Below are positions 1 through 10,629 of a stretch of DNA of 64,000 bases, piece by piece (position 1 is the first letter of the stretch; each line of letters begins with the position of its first letter). Under the pieces are notes generated by a model, which saw only the letters and a list, made by a program, of their open reading frames with translations, was not told where the DNA came from and made no database searches. The stretch lies in the sequence record NC_070963.1. One strand, given 5' to 3'. Position numbers and translations under genes: made by a program.

Positions 1-21
1 ATAAATAACTAAAAAACCGCA

Positions 22-1452
22 ATGTATATCGGAAACTCTCCGACAGATGGAGAAAACAACAGTTTTAAACTTATAGACTCATTAGCATCAGTCACAAAGA
101 CTTTTGATGGGTCATCAGCATCTGTTGTTTCTACAATAGATGACTCAATCGTCATTAACAATCACCCGTTTGTCACAGGTCAGAGAGTCACATATACCAC
201 CACCGGAACAGCAATTGGTAATTTAATTTCTGGAACTGCTTATTATATTATCAAGTATGACCAGAATACAATCAAACTTGCATTAAATTACACGAATGCA
301 ATTAATAATGTTGTATTGAATCTCACAGGACTTGGAACTGGCACAGACCATAATCTAAATGTTGCCTTTGATGGAATCAATACAAAGTTCGTTGTAACTT
401 ATGACAACGGCACCAAAGCACAATTCACAAGAGCAGCACAACTTCAAATCTCTATCAATGGTGTCATTCAGCAACCACAAGACACCACATCTCCGACAAA
501 TGGATTTGGTATTGATTTAAATTCAGTTATTATCTTCTCTACACCACCAGCAGTATCAGATGTCTTCTGGGGAAATCTGATTGCAAATAATTTCCCAACC
601 TTTGATATTGCCGATAACACTGTTGATAGTTTTACTGGCAATGGTTCTCAAACAGACTTTACATTATCCAAAACACCAGCAAATAATCAGAACGTTCTAG
701 TCACAATTGATGGTGTTGTTCAGTATCCATCAGACGCTACAACAGTTAGAGCATATTCTCTCTATGGAAATGTCTTAAGTTTTGTTGGTGTTCCTGGCAA
801 TGGAACTGCAATTCAGGTTCGACATATTGGTTTTGCTGGAGCAACATCAAGTGCAGTCACTGGATTTTATGGAAGAACTGGAAATGTAGTTCTAACGAAT
901 CAAGATAATATTACGGTTGGAACAATTTCTTCTATTGGTAACATTAATTCAAGTGGCATTGGAACATTTGCGTCTCTTGTTGTTACTGGAAACGTAAGTG
1001 TTGCCGGAACAATTACTTCTGAAGACGTAGTAAATATTGATTCCATTGGAATCATCACTGCAAGAAGTGGAATTAATGTGATTTCTGGTGGCATCAATAC
1101 AACTGGTGCTGCAGTTTCAATGGGTAATGTGATGGCAGGAATCATCACAGCATCCAAGTTTGTGGGTGATGGTTCTTTGCTGACTGGTGTTGTTTCATCA
1201 AAGTGGAGACAAAATACTGCAGGTATTACAACTGAAAGTTCTGTAGGAGTCAACACAACCAGTGTAGATGTAGCAGGACTCACTGGTGTTGGAAATTCTT
1301 TTAATGGTATGTATGTTTCGAATGGTATGATTATCTATGATAATGTTTTGAATGGCAATCATTATATTGGAACGAACTTTAATGGTCTGATGGCAGGACC
1401 AGTGACAATCAATGGAACATTGACGGTTGATGGTAACTATGTTGTTGTCTGA
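22..1452 (+). CDS. virion structural / tail fibre-like protein
   Basis: G/T/S/V-rich. Has FTGNGSQTDFTLS and 'V.I.GVVQ.P' repeats typical of cyanomyophage fibre proteins, plus the T.EDV.N.DS.G.ITARSG motif shared with 4303 and 6243. TAAATA late promoter at 3-8. Confidence 0.75.
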   Translation: MYIGNSPTDGENNSFKLIDSLASVTKTFDGSSASVVSTIDDSIVINNHPFVTGQRVTYTTTGTAIGNLISGTAYYIIKYDQNTIKLALNYTNAINNVVLNLTGLGTGTDHNLNVAFDGINTKFVVTYDNGTKAQFTRAAQLQISINGVIQQPQDTTSPTNGFGIDLNSVIIFSTPPAVSDVFWGNLIANNFPTFDIADNTVDSFTGNGSQTDFTLSKTPANNQNVLVTIDGVVQYPSDATTVRAYSLYGNVLSFVGVPGNGTAIQVRHIGFAGATSSAVTGFYGRTGNVVLTNQDNITVGTISSIGNINSSGIGTFASLVVTGNVSVAGTITSEDVVNIDSIGIITARSGINVISGGINTTGAAVSMGNVMAGIITASKFVGDGSLLTGVVSSKWRQNTAGITTESSVGVNTTSVDVAGLTGVGNSFNGMYVSNGMIIYDNVLNGNHYIGTNFNGLMAGPVTINGTLTVDGNYVVV

Positions 1453-1479
1453 TAAATACCAGAATGGGAGAGAAGTAGA

Positions 1480-2826
1480 ATGACGATTATTACACCTACT
1501 GGTATTACGGGTATTACAAGTATTACCTCCACTGGAAATACTCTACAGTTTACAAGTGCTTCTGGTGGCAATTTAGATGTTAATGGTTTAAGTGTTACGA
1601 GTGGTTCAAATATTAATGTCAGTGGTATTGTAACTGCTTCAGGTTTTGTTGGTAATATAACAGGAAATATAAACTCAACGGGTGTTTCTACTGTTACGAC
1701 TTTAAGATCTACAAGTATTGTAGGTGTTAGTAGTATTGGAGTTACTACATCTTATGTAACTTCTATTAATGATGGTCCTATTTCTGGTGCCCGGAACCGG
1801 ATAATCAATGGGGCAATGGAGATTGCACAAAGGGGAATAAGTGCAACTTATGCAGGAACATCGCAAAATCAATCAACTTACAATACTATAGATAGATTTG
1901 CTTTTGCTTCTTATGGATCATATCCAGCAGGAACTTATGCAACAGTTGCACAAATTGCCGATGCTCCTGTTGGATTTTCAAGTTGTTTAAGAGTAACTGC
2001 CAACCAAACTTTAACCGTTGGATCTTCAAATGCTCGTGGAGTTTGGGTAACACAAGCAATAGAGGGATATAATTTTGTAGATCTTTGGAATAAACCAATT
2101 ACAGTTTCTTTTTGGGTTAAAACTAGTAATGTTGGAACTTATTCATTAGCATTTTCTGGAACAGGATCTACCGCTGGATATGCAACTTCTTATACTGTAA
2201 ATTCTGCAAATACTTGGGAATATAAATCTGTTACACTTACACACAGTACTTCATTATACACTCCCGATAGAAGTAATGGAGTTGCATTAACTTTAGTATT
2301 TGGTCTTTTGGGAGATGCGACTTGGATTGGAACTGCGACAGCAAATCAATGGGTAAGTGCTAATGTTCCATATCTTCACGGATGTAAAAACTTATTTGAT
2401 ACATTAAATGCTACTTGGCAAATCACAGGAGTCCAACTAGAAGCAGGAACAGTCGCTACTCCTTTCGAAAGAAGATCTTATGGACAAGAGTTAGCATTGT
2501 GTTATAGATATTATCGCAAATATTCATCAAGTGGATCAACTTATACTTCTTTTGGTTCTGGACTTACCGGTGGATCATCTTCCATAAATCGATGGGGATT
2601 TTCTTTAGATATTCCAATGAGAACCACTCCCACAGTTGCCTTTACAAATTGTGTTGGGTGGAATGGTCCAATTGGTGGAGCTATTTCAGTTGCAGGATCA
2701 TATACAACAAATAATAATATAGACCTTGATCTTAATACAAGTGGATTAAATACTACTGTGGGATTTATTGCAAAGGTATTATTACTTTCAAATGGATATG
2801 CTGAACTTACAGGAGCAGAACTATGA
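1480..2826 (+). CDS. tail fibre / receptor-binding protein
   Basis: RNRIINGAMEIAQRG...QLEAGTVATPFERRSYGQELALCYRYY domain typical of cyanophage fibres; preceded by TAAATA. Confidence 0.75.
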   Translation: MTIITPTGITGITSITSTGNTLQFTSASGGNLDVNGLSVTSGSNINVSGIVTASGFVGNITGNINSTGVSTVTTLRSTSIVGVSSIGVTTSYVTSINDGPISGARNRIINGAMEIAQRGISATYAGTSQNQSTYNTIDRFAFASYGSYPAGTYATVAQIADAPVGFSSCLRVTANQTLTVGSSNARGVWVTQAIEGYNFVDLWNKPITVSFWVKTSNVGTYSLAFSGTGSTAGYATSYTVNSANTWEYKSVTLTHSTSLYTPDRSNGVALTLVFGLLGDATWIGTATANQWVSANVPYLHGCKNLFDTLNATWQITGVQLEAGTVATPFERRSYGQELALCYRYYRKYSSSGSTYTSFGSGLTGGSSSINRWGFSLDIPMRTTPTVAFTNCVGWNGPIGGAISVAGSYTTNNNIDLDLNTSGLNTTVGFIAKVLLLSNGYAELTGAEL

Positions 2827-3053
2827 CTTATAAACTCACACATTCAACTAGCATTATTGATATTTCACGAAATGCTGCTATTCCCGCAGACCCAGATAAT
2901 ACCGACTATCAAGAGTATTTACGTTGGTTAGAAGAAGGTAACGAACCTCTACCACCAGATCCAATTCCAGAACCAGAACCCTTAACACCACAACAAAAAC
3001 TAGAACAAGCAGGACTCTCTATAGAAGAACTCAAAGAACTTCTTGGTCTATAA
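2823..3053 (+). CDS. putative tail fibre assembly chaperone
   Basis: Small acidic protein (IPADPDNTDYQEYLRWLEEGN) overlapping the fibre gene stop (ATGA). Confidence 0.55.
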   Translation: MTYKLTHSTSIIDISRNAAIPADPDNTDYQEYLRWLEEGNEPLPPDPIPEPEPLTPQQKLEQAGLSIEELKELLGL

Positions 3054-3070
3054 ATACCTAAAAACTCACT

Positions 3071-3985
3071 ATGGCGTCAGAGATTCGTGTAAATCAGATA
3101 CAAAACCGAAGTGGATTAAGCACCGTAACCTTCAGCGATACTGGTGTGGTTATTTCTGGTATTACAACGATTTCTGACTTAAGAACCAGTGGAACCACAG
3201 TAGTCGCAGCAGGAACTACCAGTGCTCCATCCATAAGTCCAACAGGCGACTCTAACACTGGTATTTTCTTCCCTGCTGCTGATACTGTAGCAATCGCAGA
3301 AGGTGGTGTTGAGGTTTTAAGAGTTGATAGTTCTAGTAACGTTGGTATAAACAGCACTTCACCAGCAAGAAAACTTGACGTTGTAGATAGTGGTGCTAGT
3401 GGTTCTGTTATAAGGTCTAGAGTCACTACAAATAATGGTGGATATCTAGCATATGAGGCACTAAACTCTTCTGGAACTTCTGTGTTTAGTGTGACACATA
3501 ATGGAAGAATAAACCTTTCAGAAAATATTGTATTTGCTTCTGGACAGGGGTTAGACTTCTCTGCGACTGCTAACAGTTCAGGCACAATGACCAGTGAGTT
3601 GTTGAGTGATTATGAGGAAGGAACTTGGACACCTACTTTTACCAACGGTGGAACCGGTGCTTATTCAAATAGAACAGGTAAATATACTAAAATAGGAAAC
3701 ACAGTTGTTGCACATGGATATCTGCAATTTAGTTCAGTAGGAACTGCATCTGGAACTGTTCAAATTTCTGGTTTTCCATTTCCATGTAATAACTATGGAT
3801 CTAGTTCTACAATTCATGGAAATTCTTGGAGTGTTGCTAGATCTAATTTAAATGGATTAATTTCACCATCAGTATCTTACATGGATTGTTATTATAATAC
3901 TGGTGGTACTGTTGCATCTATACAGCATAGCGATATAGGTGTTGGAAATTTTCTATTTACGATTGTATATCAAACATCATCATAA
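3071..3985 (+). CDS. tail fibre-like protein (paralogue of 9568-10584)
   Basis: PSISPTGDSNTGIFFP motif, GLDFSA..SELL.DYEEG.WTP motif; near-identical central DNA to the 9568 gene. Confidence 0.75.
   Translation: MASEIRVNQIQNRSGLSTVTFSDTGVVISGITTISDLRTSGTTVVAAGTTSAPSISPTGDSNTGIFFPAADTVAIAEGGVEVLRVDSSSNVGINSTSPARKLDVVDSGASGSVIRSRVTTNNGGYLAYEALNSSGTSVFSVTHNGRINLSENIVFASGQGLDFSATANSSGTMTSELLSDYEEGTWTPTFTNGGTGAYSNRTGKYTKIGNTVVAHGYLQFSSVGTASGTVQISGFPFPCNNYGSSSTIHGNSWSVARSNLNGLISPSVSYMDCYYNTGGTVASIQHSDIGVGNFLFTIVYQTSS
3342..3426 (+). repeat. 85 nt exact repeat, copy 1 (copy 2 at 9896-9980), within a longer near-identical block
   Basis: ttggtataaacagcacttcacc...ggtctagagtcac read identically at both sites. 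Confidence 0.85.
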
Positions 3986-4030
3986 ATACCTCAAAACCAT
4001 AAACCTGTTTAATCCTGGAGGATTATCCTA

Positions 4031-4285
4031 ATGGCAAACTTTACTGAAAGACACGAACATAAATTAGAAATCATTCCACCTTACTCAATTATCCAATGTC
4101 GTAGAGCAGACATTATAGAAAAGGATGGAGTAGAAGTCGGTAGAACATATCATAGACATTGCAGAGCACCTGGAGAAGACGTATCAGAAGACTGTGACGA
4201 ACTCAAAGCAGTCGCAGCAGCATTATGGACTCCAGAAGTCATCGCTGCTTATCAATCATCATTGGAGGCAAATCAACTTTCATAA
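4031..4285 (+). CDS. small fibre-associated protein, putative chaperone (paralogue of 10630-10884)
   Basis: Strong GGAGG RBS; near-identical protein to 10630-10884. Confidence 0.65.
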   Translation: MANFTERHEHKLEIIPPYSIIQCRRADIIEKDGVEVGRTYHRHCRAPGEDVSEDCDELKAVAAALWTPEVIAAYQSSLEANQLS

Positions 4286-4302
4286 ATATCTAAAAAACAA
4301 TA

Positions 4303-6213
4303 ATGGCACTTGAACGTTTAACACAGATTACAAACTCTGGAATTACAAGTGGTATTACAATCACTGGAGTTAATCTCACTGGAGTTATAACTGCAACAAG
4401 TGCCAATGTTGGTTCAGGTATTACATTAAGTGGAACTCAAATTAATGTAGGGTCTGCAACCACAATTCATAGTAGTGGATTTCAAATTGGAAGTTCTAGT
4501 CTTCATTCTACTGGAATTAGTTTAAATAATATCAATGCTTCTGGTGTTGTAACTGCCACCACATTTAGTGGAAATCTTACTGGTAACGTAACAGGAAACG
4601 CAACTGGTCTTTCCGGAACACCAAGTATTACTGTAGCAACTATAAATGCTTCTAATGCAACCTTCAGTGGCAATGTGAGTGTTGCAGGAACAGTGACCTA
4701 TGAAGACGTAACCAACGTTGATTCTGTTGGTCTGATTACTGCCAGAAGTGGCATAAGAGTTAATGATGGTGGAGTTGTTCTTATTGGATCAGGAACTTCT
4801 ACAGGAACTGCATCACAACCACTTCAGGTCACTGGTGGTGCTTATGTTTCTGGTAATCTTGGTATAGGAACTACGAATTCAACACAAGCATTAGATGTTA
4901 ATGGAAATATAAATTTAGTATCAACTAATAATTATATTCAAAAAAATATTAATGATAATACAGAGGAATATATTTTAAGAGGACCAACTCTTTCATCTTG
5001 GCACCCAACAATTGCATATACCAGAAGCACTGGAACTTCGGCAAGAGGGTTTAGATTTGGATCCAACGATAATGCAGGAAATAAATCTGAATGGTTTTCC
5101 ATTTGGAATGGATCTGTTGGTATAAACAGTTCACTTCCAGCATCAACTGCAGATGTTTTTGGACAACAAGCAAATACTGGATCTACAAGTGCTAGTGTTC
5201 CGACTGGAACTTTAAGATTGGCATATGATGGTGCATCGGAAGCGGAAAATTATGGATCAAGTTTAGTATTTACTCAACGATATTTTTCTGGACAAAATGC
5301 ACAGATTGCTGTTGGTCAGATTGCTGGAGTTAAAATTGCTGGTGGTGGAAATTATGGTGGTGGATTAGCATTCTTTACTAGTAATGGTACTGGTAATAAT
5401 TTAGCAGAAAGAGTTAGAATTGATAATTCCGGAAACACTGGAATAGGAACCAATAGTCCAAGAGCAAAATTAGATATTGGAGGTGGTTCAATATATAACG
5501 CAGGAACTTATCAGGCACCTCTTGTATCAGTGAGTGGTGGTTATCTATCTATTAAATCTCAAAATGCTGATGGAGTTTCTAGACTTACTTTAATTGGAGA
5601 TAGTGCTACTGGTGATGGTATTATTGATTGGGGTGGCAATGGTAATTTTAACCTCAAATTTACTAACAATGGTTCGGAAAGAGGTAGGTTTGATAGTTCT
5701 GGACGCTTTGGTATAGGACTTACAAATCCACAATTCCAATTGCAAACCACTGGCAATGCATTTTTTAATAATCAATATGTGGTAGATAAGTATATGGGAT
5801 ACTTTAATGATCCTGGTTCATATCCGGAATATATGTTACTTGGTAGAAATAACTCTGGAGATGTATTTAGAGTGTTGGGGCAAATATATGGTCATAGAGG
5901 TGGGGGAGGAGAAAGAAATGCATTCTTTAACATATGTTGTTCGAAGACTAATTATCCTAGCACAAGTTATGCTGCTGGAGGAAGACTTGGAAGTGCATCT
6001 TTCGCATTGGTTACTTTAACATATGCCGGTAATTCTTGGTTAGCATTGCAGAGTGGCAGTGCTGGAAATTCAGGGGGACTAAATTTATCATTTACTGGAC
6101 AAATTTATCATTCATATTCAGGAACACAATGGACTCATATGGATTTTTATGGAAGTCCTGTTGCTATTTCCTCAGGGAGTGTAAGTAGTGTAAGCACCAT
6201 TATATCATTCTAA
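4303..6213 (+). CDS. tail fibre protein
   Basis: Repeated GNxGIGT motifs, TYEDVTNVDSVGLITARSG motif, Gly-rich. Confidence 0.75.
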   Translation: MALERLTQITNSGITSGITITGVNLTGVITATSANVGSGITLSGTQINVGSATTIHSSGFQIGSSSLHSTGISLNNINASGVVTATTFSGNLTGNVTGNATGLSGTPSITVATINASNATFSGNVSVAGTVTYEDVTNVDSVGLITARSGIRVNDGGVVLIGSGTSTGTASQPLQVTGGAYVSGNLGIGTTNSTQALDVNGNINLVSTNNYIQKNINDNTEEYILRGPTLSSWHPTIAYTRSTGTSARGFRFGSNDNAGNKSEWFSIWNGSVGINSSLPASTADVFGQQANTGSTSASVPTGTLRLAYDGASEAENYGSSLVFTQRYFSGQNAQIAVGQIAGVKIAGGGNYGGGLAFFTSNGTGNNLAERVRIDNSGNTGIGTNSPRAKLDIGGGSIYNAGTYQAPLVSVSGGYLSIKSQNADGVSRLTLIGDSATGDGIIDWGGNGNFNLKFTNNGSERGRFDSSGRFGIGLTNPQFQLQTTGNAFFNNQYVVDKYMGYFNDPGSYPEYMLLGRNNSGDVFRVLGQIYGHRGGGGERNAFFNICCSKTNYPSTSYAAGGRLGSASFALVTLTYAGNSWLALQSGSAGNSGGLNLSFTGQIYHSYSGTQWTHMDFYGSPVAISSGSVSSVSTIISF

Positions 6214-6242
6214 TTAATATGATAAATATCTAAAAAACCATA

Positions 6243-7310
6243 ATGGCATATCTTGGGCGATCTCTCACCGCAGGAAATTACTTAAAACTTGATGACTTGA
6301 GTTCCCAATTCAACGGAACTCAAAAGACCTTCAATCTTACATCAGGTGGTCAAGCATTCTATCCAGGATCTGCTTTTTCTATTCTGGTTTCTCTTGGTGG
6401 TGTTATACAAGAACCAGAAACAGCATATCAAATTAATCAAAGTCAGATTACTTTTGCTGTTGCTCCACAAGTATCAGACGATTTCTTCTGCATTGCATTA
6501 GGAGTTGCATTAGGAGTTGGAGTTCCTGCAGATGGAACCGTATCAGGAGCAAAACTTACGAAACCATTTAATTATGATAATGGTCTCCTTTATCTTGATG
6601 ATACAAATAATCGAGTAGGTATTAACTCTACAACTCCAGGATATACATTTGATGTTAATGGAGATGCAAGAATTGCTGGTATTTTAACGGTCGGCACTTC
6701 AAGTCTTACATTAAATGGCGCGACAAATCAAATTAATGGTGTAACAATTAGTAGTGGTATTGTAACTGCTACAAGTATCGTAGCAACCACAGGAACGTTC
6801 ACTGGAGATGTTTCTATTGGAGGAACTCTGACTTATGAGGATGTAACTAACATTGATTCTGTTGGAGTCATTACTGCAAGAAGTGGTATAAGAGTTACTG
6901 ATGGTGGATTAGTTGTTACTTCAGGAGTTTCTACATTCGTAGGATTTACCACTTTCCAGAATAATGTTTCCATTGCTGGTAGTATGGATGTCAATGGAAA
7001 CATCAACTTCAATGGAGACTTATTCCAAGACAATCAACCATTTGTTGCTTCTCGTTGGACAGCAGCAAGTAATGGTCTAGACATTTATCGTCTATCGAAT
7101 GTTGGTATAGGAACCACAAATCCATCAGAAGAACTTCAAGTTGAGTCTGGAAATATTTTTATTTCTGATGGGGCATTACTAACAGATCAAAATATTAATG
7201 TCAATGTTTCGATTGGAACTGGTAAGAATGGATTGTTGATTGGTCCGGTTACAATTGGTCTTGGAGTAACGATAGATGTTGCTCCAGGTTCTACACTTGT
7301 TATAGTCTAA
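6243..7310 (+). CDS. virion structural / fibre protein
   Basis: MAYLG start, 'LGGVIQEP' repeat, RVGIN/GIGT motifs, C-terminal GPVTI motif shared with 22-1452. Confidence 0.7.
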   Translation: MAYLGRSLTAGNYLKLDDLSSQFNGTQKTFNLTSGGQAFYPGSAFSILVSLGGVIQEPETAYQINQSQITFAVAPQVSDDFFCIALGVALGVGVPADGTVSGAKLTKPFNYDNGLLYLDDTNNRVGINSTTPGYTFDVNGDARIAGILTVGTSSLTLNGATNQINGVTISSGIVTATSIVATTGTFTGDVSIGGTLTYEDVTNIDSVGVITARSGIRVTDGGLVVTSGVSTFVGFTTFQNNVSIAGSMDVNGNINFNGDLFQDNQPFVASRWTAASNGLDIYRLSNVGIGTTNPSEELQVESGNIFISDGALLTDQNINVNVSIGTGKNGLLIGPVTIGLGVTIDVAPGSTLVIV

Positions 7311-7333
7311 ATACTAAAAAAGTGATATAAGGA

Positions 7334-8374
7334 ATGAGCACTCTTCGCGTTAGTAATATAGAAGCAAAGGCAGATGCTTCAAGTCCTACTATTGATGAGA
7401 AGGTAAAGATTACGAACTCTCAAGGTAGAGTTTTGATGCAGGTTGATGGAGTAACCGCTGGTATCACTACCGTAGGAATTAATACAACTGGAAATACTTT
7501 TACTGTTAGTGGGAGTAATGTAACTTTTTCGGGTAGTGTAACTTCAAGTGGAGTTTCTACTTTTTCTAGTGGCATTGTCGTTTCTTCGGGTTCAACTTCA
7601 ACACCATCTATAAGTCCATCAGGAGATAGTAATACTGGAATATTTTTTCCATCACCTGATACTGTAGCAATTGGCGAGGGTGGGTCGGAAGTCTTAAGAG
7701 TAAATTCGAGTGGTTTTATTGGTATAAACAATACAAATCCAGAAAAACTTATTGAAGTTGGTGCTGCAAATACAACATCAAAATTTCAATTAAGTCCTCA
7801 TGGTAGTGGATGGGATTTAGGTGTAACATCGGGAAATATAGCACCTCACTATCAAACCAATTTTACATTGTATAATGGACAAATAGGATCTGGTGCTACA
7901 AGGTGGCAAATTAATAATAGTGGACAAACTACAATTCCTTTTCAACCTTCTTTTAGAGCAGGGAGAAATGCTGGTTATTCTCCGGGAGCAAATAGCGATA
8001 TTGTATTTAATGACACAAGCAGTACGTATCATCATAATACTGGAGGACATTACAGCACTTCAAATGGAAGATTTACTTGCCCAGTTGCAGGAAGATATTT
8101 AATAAGTTTTCAAGTAATTTGGGAAAGTCTTGCTTCTGGAACCGCTATGGATGACTGTGCTTACATTTATGTGAATGGAAACTTAGCAATGTATTCATTC
8201 AGAAGATCGAATTATGTTGTTAATACGACAGGTAGTTCTGGATATTATGTGGATTTTGGAACTTGTATTTTATCACTAAACGCATCAGATTTTGTTACCA
8301 TTAGAAATCGTTTAAATTTAACAGTTCATGGAAATAGTTATTATTCTTGGTTTGCTGGTTACTTATTAGGATAA
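7334..8374 (+). CDS. tail fibre protein with C-terminal C1q-like domain
   Basis: FQPSFRA...IVFN...YSTSNGRFTCPVAGRYLISF...FAGYLLG matches the C1q/TNF-like fold pattern. Confidence 0.7.
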   Translation: MSTLRVSNIEAKADASSPTIDEKVKITNSQGRVLMQVDGVTAGITTVGINTTGNTFTVSGSNVTFSGSVTSSGVSTFSSGIVVSSGSTSTPSISPSGDSNTGIFFPSPDTVAIGEGGSEVLRVNSSGFIGINNTNPEKLIEVGAANTTSKFQLSPHGSGWDLGVTSGNIAPHYQTNFTLYNGQIGSGATRWQINNSGQTTIPFQPSFRAGRNAGYSPGANSDIVFNDTSSTYHHNTGGHYSTSNGRFTCPVAGRYLISFQVIWESLASGTAMDDCAYIYVNGNLAMYSFRRSNYVVNTTGSSGYYVDFGTCILSLNASDFVTIRNRLNLTVHGNSYYSWFAGYLLG

Positions 8375-8394
8375 TAAATACCTAAAAACTCCCA

Positions 8395-9246
8395 ATGAGC
8401 ACTCTTAAAGTTAATTACATTCAAGCAAACACAACGAGTGAAATTGATATTAATTCTCCATTGGGGACAATTCCTTCATTAGATGTTACTGGTTCTGCAA
8501 CGATTGGTGGTAATTTAAATATCACTGGAGTTTCTACGTTTACTGGGAATTCTTATGTTGCTGGTAGTCTTGGTATAGGAACTGCAAGTCCCGGAACTAA
8601 ATTGCACCTAATTGGAAATCAATATTTACAAGGTGGTAATTATTTTACAGATACAACTAGTGGATATTTTTGGGCAGGTAATGGAAGTTTTGCTGGTGGA
8701 ATTTATGGAAGTAATTCTGGAAATGTAACAACAATAATTTCACCGCAAACAATAAATTTTGTAACAAGTAGCACTCAAAGGTTAAGTATAGATTCTAGTG
8801 GTAGAATTACAGCACCTTTTCAACCTTCTTGTTCAGTATATCTTTCAACAAATCAAAATATTACTAGTTCAACTTGGACACAGTTAAATATAAATACAAG
8901 TCGTTTTAATACGGGCAATAATTTCAATACTTCAACATATACTTTTACCGCGCCTGTTGCTGGAAAATATTTTATTTCTTATACTGTTAATTTTGCACTA
9001 GATACAACTATTGTTAATAGTGGATCATACTTGTATACTGCCATTAAAGTAAATGGTGCGTTTTATCATTATGGACAAGGATTTCGTAACTCAGTTATAT
9101 GGAAAAATGATAGCACATTAAGTGCTGGACAATTGGTTAATCTTGCTGCAAATGATACAGTGAATCTTTGGGCATATTCGGATGGGAATAATGTGGTAGC
9201 ATCTGGAAGTGAAAGATCTCATCTCGCAGTTCATTTATTAGGTTAA
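8395..9246 (+). CDS. fibre protein with C-terminal C1q-like domain
   Basis: FQPSCSV...FNTSTYTFTAPVAGKYFISY...LAANDTVNL...VHLLG. Confidence 0.7.
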   Translation: MSTLKVNYIQANTTSEIDINSPLGTIPSLDVTGSATIGGNLNITGVSTFTGNSYVAGSLGIGTASPGTKLHLIGNQYLQGGNYFTDTTSGYFWAGNGSFAGGIYGSNSGNVTTIISPQTINFVTSSTQRLSIDSSGRITAPFQPSCSVYLSTNQNITSSTWTQLNINTSRFNTGNNFNTSTYTFTAPVAGKYFISYTVNFALDTTIVNSGSYLYTAIKVNGAFYHYGQGFRNSVIWKNDSTLSAGQLVNLAANDTVNLWAYSDGNNVVASGSERSHLAVHLLG

Positions 9247-9275
9247 TAAATACTCAAAGAAATTCACAAAATACT

Positions 9276-9548
9276 ATGGACTATACAATTACCTTAACCG
9301 AAGCAGAAGACCTAGCACTTCAGTATGTTGCTGCTGACCCTCAAGAATGGATTGATAATGCTGCAACCAATCGTGCTCGTATTGCGATTGATGAAATCTG
9401 CGATCTTTATGTTAAGAACAAACTAGAGAACAATCAACCAATTACGGCAACCAATAAACCTGATATGGTTCTTGCTGCTTATGAAGAGGGTTTAATCAAG
9501 ACAGCAGCACAAAGAAACGAAGAAGCAGCATCTCAATTGCCTTCATAA
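9276..9548 (+). CDS. small fibre-associated protein (putative chaperone)
   Basis: Acidic 90 aa ORF directly after the C1q-domain fibres, with own TAAATA. Confidence 0.55.
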   Translation: MDYTITLTEAEDLALQYVAADPQEWIDNAATNRARIAIDEICDLYVKNKLENNQPITATNKPDMVLAAYEEGLIKTAAQRNEEAASQLPS

Positions 9549-9567
9549 ATATCTAAAAACCATATAA

Positions 9568-10584
9568 ATGTCTGACATAAGGGTTAATCGTTGGTTACAT
9601 CAATCTGGTACTGGCGGAGTCTATCAAGATTCCAGTGGTAGAGTCGGTATCGGAACGTCTGTACCAACGAGTGCTTTAGATATTCAGTCAGGGTCAATTA
9701 AGATTGGTAGCAATACTTTAAGTTCTTCTGGGGTTTCTACTTTTACAAATATTGTAGTTTCTTCGGGATCAACAGCAGTACCATCCATAAGTCCGACAGG
9801 GGATTCTAATACTGGAATATTCTTTCCTGCTGCTGATACTGTTGCAATTGGTGAGGGTGGTGTAGAGGTACTAAGAGTTGATAGTAGTTCTAATATTGGT
9901 ATAAACAGCACTTCACCAGCAAGAAAACTTGACGTTGTAGATAGTGGTGCTAGTGGTTCTGTTATAAGGTCTAGAGTCACAACTAATAATGGTGGATATC
10001 TAGCATATGAGGCACTGAACTCTTCTGGAACTTCTGTATTCAGTGTAACTCATAATGGAAGAATAAACCTTTCAGAAAATATTGTTTTTGCCTCTGGACA
10101 GGGATTAGACTTCTCTGCAACCTCTGATGGTTCTGGAACAATGTCTAGTGAGTTGTTAGCAGATTATGAGGAAGGAATTTGGACACCAAGAATTTCAGGG
10201 ACTGGTGGTGGAGATTATACTCCAGGAGCAAATAATCTAGGTCGATATGTTAAAGTAGGAAAAATAGTAACTGCATCTGCAACAATTCATTGGACTGCTG
10301 CAGTTACTCCATATATTGGAAATTTTATTGTTTCAGGTCTTCCATATGCTGCATTAAGTGTTAGTAACTATAGAGCAGCGGGTTCTATTCCAGGACAAGT
10401 AGTTGGAGTGTATGCATCTGGGTCTTACAATATGTTAAAAGCAGGAATAGATGGCAGCAATTCTTTTGTCTATATTGTTATGGCATCCGAAACAATTACT
10501 TCAAGTAGCAATTATTCTCATACTCCAACTGTTCTTTCTTCAGGAACCTTGTATGGATTTACAATCACATATGTATCAAATTAA
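9568..10584 (+). CDS. tail fibre-like protein (paralogue of 3071-3985)
   Basis: Shared central region with the 3071 gene, divergent C-terminus. Confidence 0.75.
   Translation: MSDIRVNRWLHQSGTGGVYQDSSGRVGIGTSVPTSALDIQSGSIKIGSNTLSSSGVSTFTNIVVSSGSTAVPSISPTGDSNTGIFFPAADTVAIGEGGVEVLRVDSSSNIGINSTSPARKLDVVDSGASGSVIRSRVTTNNGGYLAYEALNSSGTSVFSVTHNGRINLSENIVFASGQGLDFSATSDGSGTMSSELLADYEEGIWTPRISGTGGGDYTPGANNLGRYVKVGKIVTASATIHWTAAVTPYIGNFIVSGLPYAALSVSNYRAAGSIPGQVVGVYASGSYNMLKAGIDGSNSFVYIVMASETITSSSNYSHTPTVLSSGTLYGFTITYVSN
9896..9980 (+). repeat. 85 nt exact repeat, copy 2
   Basis: Identical to 3342-3426. Confidence 0.85.
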
Positions 10585-10629
10585 TAAATACCTCTGCCTA
10601 AACCTGTTTAATCCTGGAGGATTATCCTA

